Source of the DNA: Felis catus
Taxonomy: Eukaryota
Reading direction: 5' to 3'
Length of the DNA: 64,000 nt
Assembly: GCF_018350175.1 (NCBI RefSeq)
Contig: NC_058368.1
Coordinates: 91,390,001 to 91,454,000 of the forward strand
Below the pieces are notes generated by a model. That model was given only the letters and a program-made list of their open reading frames with translations. It was not told the DNA's origin and did no database searches. Position numbers and translations under genes: made by a program. The stretch's first letter is position 1; each line of letters starts with the position of its first letter. Positions 23,811 to 38,600 of the stretch are shown piece after piece.

Positions 23811-25516
23811 TTGCTATCTCATTAATTCTTAATGCTCAGACTCTTTGAGCCTCAAATGGTAACTTGCATATTCAGAAAAGACAGCTCTTCCCTCCCACCT
23901 TCTGCATTTTCCAGGAGGGCAGCATCATCCATTCATTTACTAATACTGCACCTGACCCTCTCATTGACATTGAGCTGACTATTGTTAGATAATCTGTCTT
24001 AGAATATTTCTGTGTTGTGTATGTGTGCCTGTATACCGGAAATGTCAAGATCACATTCTGTCTTTCTCCAGTTTCTGGTGAGAAATGAGTGAGGTTTTTG
24101 TCTCCCAATTTAGATCCCAACTTACCCTAATCTTTCTTTTGAAAAGCTGCATTAAACAATTTATCACTATTACTAAGAAGATCGAAATCACCAGGATTCA
24201 GTCTTTTGACAAATATTGCCTTCCTGTGCAGGACATAAACTGCGGGAGAACTGAGCTGGCTTAGTGGTCAGTAGAGGGCACCTGTGACTGGCCAGCATCC
24301 AAAAAGGAATATCTTCAGGGATTTGGACCCTCTGTCTTGAGAGTCCCTCTCTAGGCTTTGACACACTAGGACCCACTGAGTGGGCAATCCCCCTACAGAT
24401 TAGTCAGCAATCAGCATGGGCTCAATCCTATGTGCAGGGATTGGAGTCCAGTCACTGTCTCTGAGCTTGTCCCCCGGAAGCATCTCTGAGCAAGTAGAAG
24501 CATTGCTGGCTGAACCCAACCAGTCTTGAGCTCTGGGTTTTTGCCCTGCTAACCTGTTGAGAGATTTTCTTCCAGAGCACAGAATGGAAGCATCAGCTCC
24601 AGGTGCACCAGGATCTAGTTTCCCCAACCTTGGCTGATAGGTGGGTTTCCTAACTACTGTGGCTGTGGGCTGGGCCCCTCCAAAACCCCCACGCATCTAG
24701 AGGATTCCAGAACAATTCATTGTCCACAGATTTTCTGAAGCATCTGAGGATGGAGGACCAAACATGATGCTGGTCTGACCCAGGCTCACAGCTGGATGAC
24801 CCACAGTCAGGGCCACCTGGTCCCCACATCTTCCCTGACACCTGAAGGTTCCAGCCACCATCAAGTGATACCTGGCACACAAATGGGCTGCAGGGTCTAC
24901 AGTGGGGAGAGGCACAGATGCCTCAACGAGATGGTCAGGGTGCACTCACTCTGAGCACAGACATGGTCACTGTGTGTGTCTGAGCCCCCTTCCCCAGTCT
25001 TAGTAACTTGTCAGTCTCTCATCACACACTGGGGTTAAAATGGTCTCAAACATTCCACCAATCAGGTTCTCTCTCCCTGTTCAGTTACCCCTTGACCTGT
25101 ACTCCCGGAGATAAGTTTTCCTCCTGTTATCCAGGAATCTACCATAATTCCATCTCCCAAAATGCCTCCAAGTCACTTCCATAGCACTCCAGCCACTGTC
25201 CTAGGTTCCCAGGTACCCCCATCTCTGACCCCTGGAGACCCTCCTCCAGGAAAATCTATTATGATCATTTACATCTAGTACTTTGCCTGTGGGATACTGA
25301 CACATTGCCCCCTGTATTCAAGTATTCAGCCAAGAACTTAAGTGTATTTACACAGAAGTGTGTCCATTTCAGGTTGTCCTTACATTTATACTGAAAAATG
25401 ATTTAAGTGTAAAACATTTCCCTTACAATGAGGATTTTCCATAAGCTTTAAGGTGGAATACAAGTGTTTCCTCACATGTCCTCAAGAAGACAGACCTAAA
25501 AACATGTGAAAAGTCA

Positions 25517-25713
25517 GGGGCACCTGGGTGGGTCAGTTGGTTGAACGTCCAACTTTGGCTCAGGTCATGATCTCACAGTTCATGGGTTTGAGCCCTGCAT
25601 CAGGTTCTGTGCTGACAGCTCAGAGCCTGGAGCCTGTTTCAGATTCTGCATCTCCCTCTCTCTCTGCCCCTCCCTCACTTATGCTGTCTCAAAAATAAAC
25701 ATTTAAAAAATTT
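25517..25713 (+). mobile_element. SINEC_Fc-type SINE
   Basis: Can-SINE head and tail; TSD aaaacatgtgaaa(a/g)gtca on both sides. Confidence 0.96.
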
Positions 25714-26191
25714 AAAACATGTGAAAGGTCACTTTATCAAATACAATATCCCTCCAGAGTCAATCTCAGAAAGAATTCTAGGTCTGGTCCTCATCTTCTT
25801 CCCTAAGCTGCTTTATGTTCATAAAGTGGTCTTCAATCTCTCAGAGAAAAACTGGGCTGTTTGGACCCTCTTGAGACTGAGCTGCTGCACCCAGAGGGCA
25901 CATTAGAACCATCTGGGACCTTCAGAACTGTTGCTATTTGGACCCCACCTGGATCATCACAGACTCACTAAAGAAGGGCCCCTCCTCAGCACTGGGAAAC
26001 CCTCTTCGGGTAGTTCTAATTGACAGGCCAAGTGTGACTCACCCAAACCCAGCCCCCTGGAGCATGGTGAGGTGGGGAAGGTGAGGAGGCTCCTGCTTCC
26101 AGGTGCATCTCATGACAGGGTACATGCTATTCATCTACGGGAGAAAAGCTCCACCCAGACTGCATGTTGAAATCACCCACAGACTTTTTTT

Positions 26192-26269
26192 GGAAGGAGG
26201 CGGAAGGAGGCGGAAGGAGGCGGAAGGAGGCGGAAGGAGGCGGAAGGAGGCGGAAGGAGGCGGAAGGAG
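26192..26269. repeat. (GGAAGGAGGC)n perfect 10-mer minisatellite, 7.8 copies
   Basis: Seen directly; absent from paralogous units. Confidence 0.95.
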
Positions 26270-29029
26270 ACCAATCCTTGAGACTTCAGTACATTTGGGT
26301 TGAGGGACAAACACTGGCAATGTTCTCTGAAAAGAGGAATCCACTGTTGCTTCAGGACTGGGAAGTAGTCTGTAGCTGAATTCACTTGCACACATGATCG
26401 ATGCTCTGACTGGCCTCAGACAACAGGCAGGGAAGGGGACTTGACCAAGGACTTACACGGGAATTTGCCAAGTGTTGGGTGAAGTCAAGCATAGACTAGA
26501 GAGGGGGTCACTCCTGGGAAGGCCTTTACACCCAAGGTGACTGACTCCACAGCCAGGAGTTGGATCCAGCTAGATGAATAGCACCAGTGGGTGATGTGCA
26601 ACTAACACAGAAGGAGCACAGCCCCAGAGGCAAAGTCGTGTTCCAGGTACTTGGGATGGTGAAGAGAAATGTGGCTGGAGCATGGATAGTGGAGAAAAAT
26701 TAGCCTGATCTGATCAGGTAGACATGGAGGAAGAAACCACTGTCCTGACCCAACAGGTTTGGTCTACACACCAAGGACAGTGTAAGTAGAGTCAACATCA
26801 GAATGCTATGGCTATTTTCCATGTGACCTTTCATGCCTGGACTATTTACTTCTACTTGAAAATATATAGTTCATGCCCCATATGCGTGATGGTGGATTTA
26901 AAGATTTCTGCTTAAGTTGAAGCTGTGGGTGAGGGATGAAGGGAATTTGGGAATTGCTCCCTATGAAGAGATGCTGTGGGCTCCCTGGAATGTGATTTTT
27001 TTTGAACACCTTAAGGTTTGCAATGGGATCCCTGCACTCTCAGCTGTCCATGGTATGTGCATACCCATTTCTTGTGTCTTCCCCAGGTTTAGTTTGTGTC
27101 CCAAGCCCTTAAGTGAACCACTGGATTCATGGGTTGACATGATGGTGGGTGAGATAGTCCTCCCCCTTTGCAGTGCAAGATGCCAGGACTCAGGGGATCA
27201 TAAAATGAGACCAGGTCAGGGCACATGGGAGCGCTGAGTCTCATCTCAGATCTCCTCCCTGGAACTGAGGTCTTGATGCCTAGGGCTCACTCCCAGTGCT
27301 GGATGCAATCATCTAGTGCTTCCCATCGTCTGGTGGGAATCATCCTACTGGGAGCTGCCTGGCAACTCTGTGTGCAGAATGGGTCTAACTAAATCCAAGC
27401 CCTTCAGGAATGGCTAGACCTCCATTTGCATCAGAGACAGCCAGACTACGAGCACAGCAAACACATTTCTACATTTGGGACTGCCTGACTCCCAAACTTC
27501 AAGCAAAACAGAAGTGTGTGCCAGCTCTGCGAATCCTGGATGCAGCCTCATTGCTGCTAAGAGATGGATCGCAGGGAAAACCCAAGAGGGCAAAAGGAGG
27601 CACATCTAGGAAGGTAGCTTCCTGTGGGTTAATGGGAAGTAGATCTTTTTCATTACACAGGCATTTCCCATCTGAGAAATGTGTGCCATGCACAGTTCTC
27701 TGTACCTTACAAATACGGATGCATTTGATCCTCAAGACCTGCCTGGTGGACGATGCTATTACTACCCTCATTGGCAGAGCAGGTGTTAGCCTCCTTGACC
27801 CAGCTGCACTTCTCAGAGCTGGAGACAGACTCTCAGCAGTGAGGCCCCAGCACACAAAGCTGCTACATGCTGCTCCTGACACCTTCCTGGGCTGGTCCTG
27901 CAACATTCCTGATGTTAAGGGGACTGTGGGCCTGCTGTGATCTGTGGGCTCCCTCACTCTATTCTGCATCTCCAATATTCCATTTATATCTTGATGATGT
28001 TCTTGTCCTACTTCCTGTGCTCATACTCTGTGGATGCTTGATCATAGCAGTCTATTTACCAGAGATGCTTTCAAGTCCTTCCCTACTGATTCCACAAACT
28101 GTCATTTCCCACTGTTGGCTTGTCATGGGTTGTGTGCCTGCATATTTTAGATGCAAGTCAGCTTCTGGCCTTTTGCTTGTTGGCATTTGGATATTTTATT
28201 GCCTTTAACATTGGCTTTGTTCAGTGGTAAAGTTATACTGTAAATCAGATGATTTCACCTTTTTGTTTTTTGAAAACACTGTATTTTGCTTTGCTTCAGA
28301 TGGTCTGATCTAGGACTTCCAATAATATCAAAGTGCAGGAAGAACTTAAGGAAAAATCCACTGAAGCAAATGCACTCAAAACAGGAATGAGCTGGTGCTG
28401 CCAGGCCACATGATGGACCAGGAGGAAAAGGGTGTTCACAGACATCCCACTGCCCCCACCCACAGCAAGGTCAATTGCCCCACCATAGAGACCCCTCACC
28501 ACAGGTGATACTGTCACCAGCAAGCTCACCCACACCCTCTGCTGCCAGAGGCAGTTCCCAGCTGCAAGAAATTCATGAAAAAGGGCAAAGATGAGCTGGC
28601 CAAGAAACAACCTTCTGAAGCTGACACATTATTTTGCAAGTCATTCAAGATGGTGTGCCCTCCACAACTGGTACACCACAGGACAAGGAATAGGACAGGT
28701 GTCAGGAAAGGGAGTTACACCTACACCTAACTGGACAAGAGAGAAGAGAAAACAGGTGGTACAGCGCCTTTGAGAAGCAAAGTGAACAGGGAGCCCATGG
28801 AGAGGGGAAGAGTTTCTTCATCCAAGAAGAGTTCCCTGGGCCTGCAGGCTGGAAAGGTGTTGGAGGTGGTAAGAGGAGTGGCCTCCAGTTGGCCCTCCAA
28901 CAGGCCCTAGGTAGTTGCAGCCTCCCCCCACCCACCCACCCAGATCCTTGGTATGGATGCCTGCAAAGTGTCCCAACTCTGGGGGCTGTTCTGAACACAT
29001 ATTCTGGAGAGAACAAAGGCTTCTTGAGA

Positions 29030-29279
29030 TGATCAGGATGGTATGCGTGCCTGAAACCAGTTAGGCCCCTATGTATACTTTTACGATTTGGTGGGCCTAA
29101 GCAGAGATCTCGTCTTGTGGCCACCAGACACAAGCCTCCTATAGATATTCTATTGCTTATTAAACCTGTCCCCCACCATCTGGAGTCACCTGCTCATTCT
29201 TCAATCTCTCCCTGCCCTCCACATATAAAGACTCATTTCAGATTACACACGGCAAACTCCTGACCAGGTTCCACCAACA
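29030..29279 (+). mobile_element. Probable old LTR 3' remnant, shared with the paralog at ~52322-52580
   Basis: LTR-like R/U5 layout: attaaa signal (cttattaaacctg), CT-rich stretch, ends ccaaca. The 5' boundary and TSD are not resolved. Confidence 0.45.
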
Positions 29280-29660
29280 GAAGGCACAGATTCTGGAACC
29301 AGAGGACAAAGAGGCAGCTGGGAGATTTCTCTAGCGTGAGGAACACTTAGTGTGGTACCCAGTCAGGAAGGAGGATGGGGCTGTGCACAGTGATTAAAGC
29401 AGATGCGCCAGGGCACAAGAAAGGCCTTTTAGTTCACTGAGACTTTGATACCCAGAGGAAAACACATCCAGTCTGTGACCAGAGCTTTGCCCAGGGCTGC
29501 AAGCCATTATTGCATCAAGATGCCTGGAGAATAGAGAACTAGGCACACTGCAGGAAGCACAGACAAGGCTAAGTTGGTCACTTGTAGAAGAGCACTAAGG
29601 AAGAGGAAGAAAATGGAAGCTGATGAGGTTCAAGTCACAAATGCAAAAATGTTGATCTCT

Positions 29661-29788
29661 GGGGCACCTGGGTGGCTCAGTCAGTTGAGCGTCTGACTTC
29701 AGCCCAAGCCATGATTTCATGGCTCGTGAGTTCAACCCCCGCTTCAGGCTCTGTGCTGAGAGCTCAGAGCCTGGAACCTCCTTCAGAT

Positions 29789-29832
<44 letters not shown>

Positions 29833-29877
29833 CCTTCCCCTTTCATGCTCTCTCTCAAAAGTAAATAAACAAAAAAA
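29661..29877 (+). mobile_element. SINEC_Fc-type SINE with expanded (CT)n
   Basis: ggggcacctgggtggctcagtcagttgagcgtctgac head, (CT)n at ~29793-29829, A tail. Confidence 0.96.
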
Positions 29878-32800
29878 GTCTATATCTGGTTTTAAATTCA
29901 AGCTAATATACACAAGGATATGTTCCAATGTTTTCTCTACAATTCCTAGAAGGCTTCTGCGGGGCAGGGTGTTGTGAATATGTATAGAAAGTTTTTTGTT
30001 TTTAATAACTTAGTTTCATGAAATGTCTCAGCCTGCCATATACCATTGATCTTGAAAGACTTTTCCTCTGGACTTGTTCAGTGACGTGGCCCATGGGAGT
30101 GGCCAGGCCTTAAGCAAAGGTTCAGGGAGAAGGTGGGCATGCCCTCAAGAGCAATCCATGTGCCTTTCTCGCTACTTGGGTCTTTCCTGTGCAAAGGAAG
30201 CTACCACCCATCTCAGGGTACAGCTCTAGTCCTGGACCATGACACACGTCCATTTGAGGAGCACTGTGTGTCTCTCCCCAAATGTGGTCTATGTGGGTGA
30301 TCCTCTGATACCAGCAGCAAAGGCCTGATCATTACCACACTGTTCCACTACCATGATCTCAACAGGAATACCTATGCTAGGCCAATCCTGGGTGAGCTTT
30401 CTATCCCTATTAGAGAAAATGGGATACTCCTTTGGCCAAAAGGATATAAACAAACTTTAGGACTTTCAAATTTATCCTTAAGTTAAATTTATAGGCATGG
30501 AATATCCAACCCTTGGTGTCAAAGATTTCACTGAAGAAGTTTCAACATGTGACTGGAGATTTCCATCTTCCCTTGGGTTCACAGTACATCCTCTCCCAGT
30601 TTTCCTGTCAAAGACCAGCTAAGGAGCAGATGTGCAAGGACTGGCAGAAGGACAACAAAGGCCCCATTCCTGGAGATAATGGACAAGGACAGTGGCCTAG
30701 TGGGGCCTGACCCCATTCACAGGCAGCAGTGAAAATCTACCAGGAAACATCCCTGAGATCCAGAGGCAGCTCTCAGCAGAGGGAAAGGGAGGCTGATGGC
30801 TAAGGGTACACTCTGGAACCTTGAACTCAGCCCCACACAAGCAGCCTCCCTGGGGAAAGTGCAGAGGAGCCTGGAAATTTCCCCTGTAGCAACAGGGTAC
30901 CGATGAGCAGACACTGGGTGACTTGGGCTTGCAGATGTAGCAAGTGGACCCAGAACCTGAAGAAGGCAAAGAGGCAAGTGAACTCTCTCTCACCCATGTT
31001 CAAGGTCCAACCTCAGAAATCCCAGTATCTCCCAGAGCTCTGTCACACCAGGAAGGCCAGCAGCAGTCTATTCCATGAACACTGCCTGAGAGAAGGTTGG
31101 ACAGGACACACCGGAGGGTCAAGTGGAAAACAAGGTCATGAGAGTCTATTGCCTGCCATATATTCACGTGGGATTCCAACTTTGGAACCAGCTGTCATTG
31201 CTAAGATCCTAAAGCCAGTGGGATGGGTCACATTCATGAACTGCAGGCCCAGTTAATGCAAGGGCTGCTCTGGCTGAGGGCAGTCTGACCTTGACTGCTA
31301 CATCGCACAGGACCTTGAACTTTCAATATGACCAGGGCCCCTGAGAGGCTCAGGCAGCCCAGTAAGATGTGTGGTGAGGGCCTCCAGGACCCAGCTAGGC
31401 ACCCAGGGCCTGAGTCTCCCCTTGTCACCTTCAAGCCCATCTCTTCAACTTTACCCAAGAGAAGGTCACGGCTCTCCTGGGGTACAGGACCCATATTCTC
31501 CTCATGCTGAGCCAGATATGGAGACTTGGAGATTCTCTGGAACATAAATCTTGTCTCCATTGGGCAGACAAGGTATTGGCATGGTCCCTTTACCCAGGAA
31601 CCCTACATCTTCCAAGGCCAAGGTCATGAATAAACTTGGAATGGAAACAGAAAACCTCCATCCCTTTCTCCCTGTAGCCAGGGTTGGAGGAGAGACATGG
31701 AAGCCAGGAGTTAGGAGGGGTTGAGCTTCCTGAGGCCTGGAGATTCATATAGCAGGTGGAGAAGGGGGGAGGTCATTCACTTCATGTTCACAGGCTCATT
31801 GACCTTCATGGGGCACCTTGTACATAAGAGAACAGACTTTCAATCCTGCATTCAGCTATTTCTAGGAGGGCAGCCTTGACCTTTCACTTAAATTTTGGGC
31901 CTCATCATCCTACTACATTGACTACTGAAGCAGCTGCAGCCCAGTCTCAGATTATTTCTGTCATGCATACATCCGTGCATGTATGTTGAGTTCACATGGT
32001 ATGACAGCCATTTCTCCACATGCCTCACAAGAAGAGTAAGTGAACTTTCCTCCTGTTAAACTTTCCTCCTGTTAGAGTAGCTCAACTACTCTAGTCCTTA
32101 TCTTCAAAATCATTACACACAACACTTCACTACCCTATTACTAATAAGTTCAGTCCAAACCATTCAGATTCCATCCATGGACAAATATGGTCTTCCTGCT
32201 CAGAATATGAACTTTGTGAAAATGGATCTGACTTCATGGTCACAACAGGGCACTGGTGAGTGGCCAGGCACCCAAAAATGAACATTCCAGGGTACCCAGA
32301 CCCTCTGTTTTGGGTGTCAAAGCCCAGACAAAGGGACTCTGCTAGGACCAGGGGGTGGGCAATGCACCCGTAGGTTAGCCAGAGACAGGGGTGGATGCAG
32401 ACACATCTGCTGGCTTTAAATGCAGTCACCCTGTCTGGGAGCCCCTTCCCCAGGGCAGGTCTGTGGATGTAGACAAGGTACCTGAACCTAGTTAGACCTA
32501 GATTCTATGTGCTCACCCTGGGAGGCCTTTCAAAGAGTCTCCAAGTCACAGGGCACAGAAGGCAGCTGCCACAGGTACAACAGGACCCAGGGTCCCTTCT
32601 CGGTACTGGGAGTGACTGTAAGGCTGACAGGTGGATACCCCCACCTACCCATCCACCCAGAGGCCTCAAAAGACAGCTTGCTGCCCTTGGAGTTTATGTA
32701 GCATCAGTTAAGTCACCAGTAAATGTGATGCTGCTCCGAACCACATTCAGACCTGGATGACCCAATAGTAAGAGCCGCATTGTCCCCACCCTTTCCACTG

Positions 32801-34197
32801 AGACCTGTAGTAGGTGCCAGCCACCACAGGGGCACCAGAGACACCAAAAGCTGGAGGGTCTACAGTGGGAGAGGCAAGGCTCCTCTAGAATAGGGTCAGG
32901 CTGAGGTTCGGAGCCCTGAGCACAGACTTGGTCCTGGTGTCTGAGACCCCTGTCCACAGCTCCACCTCACCTACACTCAGGCACTGCTCACGCACTTGGG
33001 TTTAAAAGTGACTAGCAAATTCCTCAGTTTCTCCCTCTGCTCCAGTTTCTTTTCCCCTGACAGTCTTACAATACCATTTGCCTCCTGCCTTCCAGGAACA
33101 TACAGTGACTCCGTCTCCTCAAATGCCTCCAAGTCATTTCCGTGACACTGCAGCCACTGTTCTGGGTTCAGTTCACCCCCAGTTCTGACCCATGAAGACC
33201 TTCCTCCAGGAAAACCTAATATGTTCATTCATGTCTAGTACTTTGCCTGTAAGATACTAATACAGTGCCCCTTGTATTTGAGTATTCAGCCAAAAACTTA
33301 AATACCTTCTGCTTAAACACATTTAACTGAAATTCTTGTACTTTTGCCAAAAATACTGTTTTACACTAAAAGGGGAAACCATTTCCCTTACAGTGAGGAT
33401 TTGCCATAAACTTTAAGGTGGAACGAGAGCATTTCTTCACTTGCCCTCAAGAAGACAGCCTACAAACATTTGAAAAGTCACTTCATGAAATGCAGTCATG
33501 CATTTCAAGTCAACCTCAGGAAGAATTCTGGGCCTGGCCCTGTCCTCTTCCCGAGGTGCTCTGATATTTATAAAGTGCTTCAGTCGCTCAAGGAGAAAAA
33601 AAAAGTAACAAGGCTGATTGGGTTGAGAAGCTCAGCCTCAAGAGGCTCCAGAGTGCACATTAGAATCATATGGGTCCTTCAGAATGGCTATTTGGGCCCT
33701 GCCTGAATCATTACATCAGATTCACTGAAGGACACTCACCAGCACTGGGAAAGCCTCTCCAGGTAGTTCTAATCTACAACCTCATTGTGACTAAAAGCCC
33801 AGGGGATGCTACTGCTGGTGTCCATGGGAAGAAGCCCTTGAGGCCACGACTATTTTAATTCCAAAGTGAAGAACCATCAGTTAATTTCACATTTATGTAC
33901 AGGCTGGTGTTGGTGCACTTTGCACACCTGAAAACCTCAGCAAGGAAAAAAAAATTCTGTGATCAGGGGTGTACATTTGTGAAAATGCCCCAAACTTTCA
34001 TTTTTAGATGGGGGCATAGGGCCCAACAATGCTCCAAGGTCTCTGGCACACACTCTCCCCAGGACCAAACACAACACTAGTTAGGGGCCTCTGTGATTAC
34101 AGAGATGTACTCCAAGTCTTAAAACCTTGAATTAACTACAGTCGTTGTGGACTGGCCAACTCACCCAGAGGGTGAGACAGAAGCTCTCCTCTGTGAT

Positions 34198-35600
34198 TTT
34201 TAAAACCACAAGAGATCTCCCTGGGTCCATCCATTCTTGACCAATCATGGGGGAGTTTTATAACCCAATTAGAGGAAAGTCTGGCCAAATGCAGAGCCTA
34301 TACACAAACTTTAACAACACCTTCAAAATATGTACTTGTTTAGTCAAATCTACAGATCTGGAATTTCAGCATTATTTGGGAATTGTTTCACTGAAAGCTG
34401 GTTGACCATGTGACTCTGGAAACCCCAGCGTCATTCTAGACCAATTCCACTCGCAGCCCAGCTCAGGTACAGGAACCAGCTCCAGAGGTACAGGTGTGTG
34501 ACAATGACAGAAGAGAACAAAGTCCCCAAACCTGGATGAACCAACTGGAACAGTGGCCAGGGAGACCATGACTCATCCACAGGCAGCCCTTGGAATCTAC
34601 CAAGACATATCCCTCAGCTTAGGACACAGTCTCAGCAGAGAGGAAGGGAGGTAGAAGGTCAAAGCTACTTCCCAGGACCTCTGACCTCAGTCTAATACAA
34701 GCAGCCTGCCCATGGAAGTGAGAAACAGTGTGGACACCCTCCTCCACACCATGACTGGGGGTTGAGGAGTCGACACTGGAGGGCCGGGCAAGTATATCCA
34801 GAACCTCATGAACCCTGGAGGTGGGTGGAATCCCTCTGGCCCATCTTCAATATCTGTCACCAGAAATCCCACTACATCCCAGAACTCTGTCACACACCCA
34901 GAAGGCCATCAGCAGACAAATGACCAAATGCTGACTGAGAGAAGGCTTTGCAGATTAACACCTCATTGCAAAGAGAAAAAAAGAAAACAAGTTCATGAGA
35001 CTGTCACCCTCCGTGTATTCACATGGGATTACAACTTTGAAAACCGTTGCCTTTGCCAAGTTCCCAAAGCCTTTGCCACATTCCCTGTGAATGCAGGGGT
35101 TGCTCGGCTCAGAGCAGTCTCACCTTGACTGCTACTTCACTCAGGAACCCCAACTTTAAACGTGACCAGGGATCTTCAGAGGTTCAGGGAGCACAGGAAG
35201 TGATGTGTGACAAGGACTGTCCAGGACCCAGCCAGGCACCCAGGGCCTGAGTCTTCCCCAGTCGCCTTCCAGCCCATCTCCTGAACTTCACTCAAGAGAT
35301 GCCCCTAGCTCTCCCCAGGAGCAGGTCTGGACCTCCATTACCTCTGAACCAGCTCCAGAGGCTTTGAGATTCTCAGAATATTGATCCCAATTGCACTGTG
35401 GGTTATAGCACAATCCACTGTAACCATGAAACTTTTCCTTCCCTATCAAGGCTAAAGTCATGAAACAGACTGGAGATGGAAATAGACAACCTTTATTTAT
35501 CTCCTCCTTCGTGGCCATGATTGGTGAGAGAGAATGAGAAGCCAAGGAGCTGGAAAGGAACTCAGCTTCCTAGAGCCTGGATTTGGACACCCTTCTCCTG
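34198..35600 (+). pseudogene. 5'-deleted SPATA31-like large-exon fragment (type 2 unit)
   Basis: Same junction and homology as 22445-23810. Confidence 0.6.
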
Positions 35601-38600
35601 CTGCTATCTCATTCATTCTTAGTGCTCAGAAGCTCATGGACCTTCGAGGGGTAACTTACACATTCCAAGAGGATAGCTCTTCCATCCTGCCTTCTGCATT
35701 TTCCATCAGGGCAGCATCGGCCATTCATTTACTAGTGTGCCTCACCCTCTTATTAACATTGCGCTAAGGTCCCTTAATTAATCTGTCTCATTGGACTATT
35801 TCCCTGTTGTGGATACATACCTGCATATGGGATATGTTGAGGTCATGCTGTGTCCTGCATCTGTTTCTCCAATTTCTGCTGAAAAATCAATGAATTTTTC
35901 TCCCAATTTAGATCCCAACTTTCCCTAACCCTTCTCTTGAAAAGCTGCCATTATTAAACAATTCATCACTATTACTGAGAAGATCAAAGTCACTAGGATT
36001 CAGTCTTTTGACAAATACTGCCTTCCTATGCAGAACAAACTGCAGGAAAACTGAGCTGGCTTAGTGGTCACTAGAGGGCACCTGTGAATGGCCAGCATCC
36101 AAAAAGGAACATCCTCAGGGACTTGGAACTTCTGTCTTGTGTGTCAAAGCCCAGAGAGGGACTCTCCAGGATGCACTGAGTGGGCATTCCCCCCACAGAT
36201 TAGTCAGCAATCAGCATTGGTTCAAGCACATGTGCTGGGATTGGAGTCCAGTCACCGTCTCTGAGCTTGTCCCCTGATAGCATCTCCAAGCAAGTAGAGG
36301 CATTGCTGGCTGAACCCAACTAGTCCTGGGCTCCGGGTCTTCACCCTGCCAAGCTGTTCAAAAGATCTTCCTCCAGGGCACAGAATGGAAGCATCAGCTC
36401 CACATTCACCAGGATCGGAATTCCCCAATCTTGATTGATATGTGGGTCTCTTAACTACTGCGGCTGTAGGCTGGGCCCCTTCCCAAACCACCATCTACCC
36501 AGAGGATCCACACACAACTCGCTACCCACAGATTTCCTGAAGCATCTGAGGAGGGAGGACCAAACATGATGCTGGGCTGACCCAGGCTCACAGCTGGATG
36601 ACCCCCAGTCAAGGCCACCTGGTCCCCACACCTTCCCTGACATCTGAGGAGGTATCAGCCACCACCAGAGGTTCCTGGAACACCAGAGGGCTGGTAGTTC
36701 TACAGCAGGAAAAGCAAGACTGCCTCAACGGCGGGGGGTGGGGGGGAAGCCTCATCCTGACCCTGAGCACAGATGTGGTCACTGTGTGTCTGAGCCCCCT
36801 GTCCCCAGCCCATCTTAGTGATGGGTCATCCTGTCATCACACTGGGGTTAAAATGGTGTCAAGCATTCTCTCAATCAGGTTTTCTCTTCCTGCTCAGTTA
36901 TCCCCTGACATGTAGTCTCTACTGAAATATAAACTTTCCTCGTGCCATCTAGGAATATACAGTGATTCCATCTCCCAAAATGCCTCCAAGTCAATTCCAT
37001 GGCACTTCAGCCACTGTCCTAGGCTCCCAGGCACCCCCAGTTCTGACCCCTGAAGCCCTTCCTCCTGGAAAACCTATTATGTTCATTTGCATCTAGTACT
37101 TTGCCTTAGGATACTGAAACAGTGCCCCTTGTATTCAAGTATTCAACAAGAACTTAAATGTATTTACACAGAAGTGTGTCCATTACAGGTTGTCCTTACA
37201 TTTATACTGAAAATGGCTTAAGTGTAAAACATTTCCCTTACAGTGAGGATTTGCCACAAGCTTTAAGGCAGAACATGAACATTTCCTCACATGTTCAAGA
37301 AGACAGCCCTAAAAACATCTGAAAAGTCACTTGATCAAATGTTATATCCCTCTAGAGTCAATCAGGAAGAATTCTGGGTCTGGCCCTTGTCCTCTTCCCT
37401 GAGCTGCTCTGATATAAAGCTCTTTTCAGTCTCCCTGGAAGAAAATAACAGAAAATCCAGGCTGATTGGACCCTCCTGAGGCTGAGCTTCTGCACTCAGA
37501 GTACAAATTCCGATCACCCAGGTCCTTCAGAACCATTGCTATTTGGGCCCTGCCTTGATCATCACAGAAGACTGACTGAAGACAGGACCCTCATCAGCAC
37601 TGGGAGACCCTCTACAGGTAGTTCTAATCCACAGCCTCAGTGTGACTAAAATCCCAGCCCCTGCAGTACATTGAGGTGGGGAATTCCCCCTGCTCTCATG
37701 CGGCTCATGACAGGATACATGCTATTCCCCTATGGGAGGAAATCTCTACCTAGGCTGCATTCTGAAATCACCCAGATGCTCCAAAAATATAAATCCTTGA
37801 GACTTCAGTACATTTGGGCTGAGGGCCAAACACTGGCAATGACCTATGAAAAGAGGAGTCCACTGTCGGGACTGGGAAGGAGTCTGCAACTGAATTCCCT
37901 TGCACACATGATCCATGATCTCACTGACCAGGACTTACAGTGGGATTTACTAAGTGTTGGGTGAGGTCAAGTACAGACTGAGGGGTTCACCTTCTGAAAG
38001 GACTTTATGCACAAGAAAATGGACACCCTAGACAGGGGTAGGAGCCAGCTTGTAAATAGCACTGGAGGGTGATGTGCAACTAACACAGAAGGAGCGCATC
38101 TCTCAAAGGAAAAGGATGCTCAATGTACTCAGGATGGTGCAGAAGATCAGTGTGGCTGGAACACGGATAACCGAGGAAGTTGAGCCTGAACCAGTGGTCA
38201 GACATGGAAAGAAATCACTGTCCTGGATAGCCTAATAAAGAGATTTGGTCTGCAAACCAGGGACAGTGAGAGAAAGATCCCCATAATAATGCTGTGGCTG
38301 TTGATCTTGAGAATGACCTTGCGTGCCTGGACTTTTTACTTCTAAATATGGAAACCTCTAGTTCATGCCCCATATGTATGACGTTGGATTTCAAGATTTC
38401 TGCTTAAGTTGAAGCTGTGTGTGAGGGATGGAGGGAATTCAGGAATTGTTCCCTATGAGGAGTGGTGTGGGCCCCCAGCGTGTGATCTACACGAACATCC
38501 TAAAATCCCTGATGGGACCCCTACAACCTCAGCTGTCCAAGGTATCTCCACACCCATTTCCTGTCTCCTCTCCAGCAGACTCCACCCAAGAGGCAGTCAG

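Larger units (their letters stand above)
27912..31740 (+). pseudogene. SPATA31/FAM205-family-like pseudogene, copy 2 (large internal deletion at ~30330-30360)
   Basis: The frame from ATG 27912 reads MLRGLWACCDLWAPSLYSASPIFHLYLDDVLVLLPVLILCGCLIIAVYLPEMLSSPSLLIP, a hydrophobic segment resembling SPATA31 exon 1 (FLCGLGLFLLLLP..SxPSLP). KEEEE/KWKLMRFKSQ at ~29597-29640. Homologous to copies 1 and 3. Confidence 0.65.

Noticed and set aside
27410..27940. 176-aa ORF as a real CDS
   Set aside because: Not open over its full length in paralogs and no recognisable domain; its identity with 2904-3161 is explained by the conversion tract.
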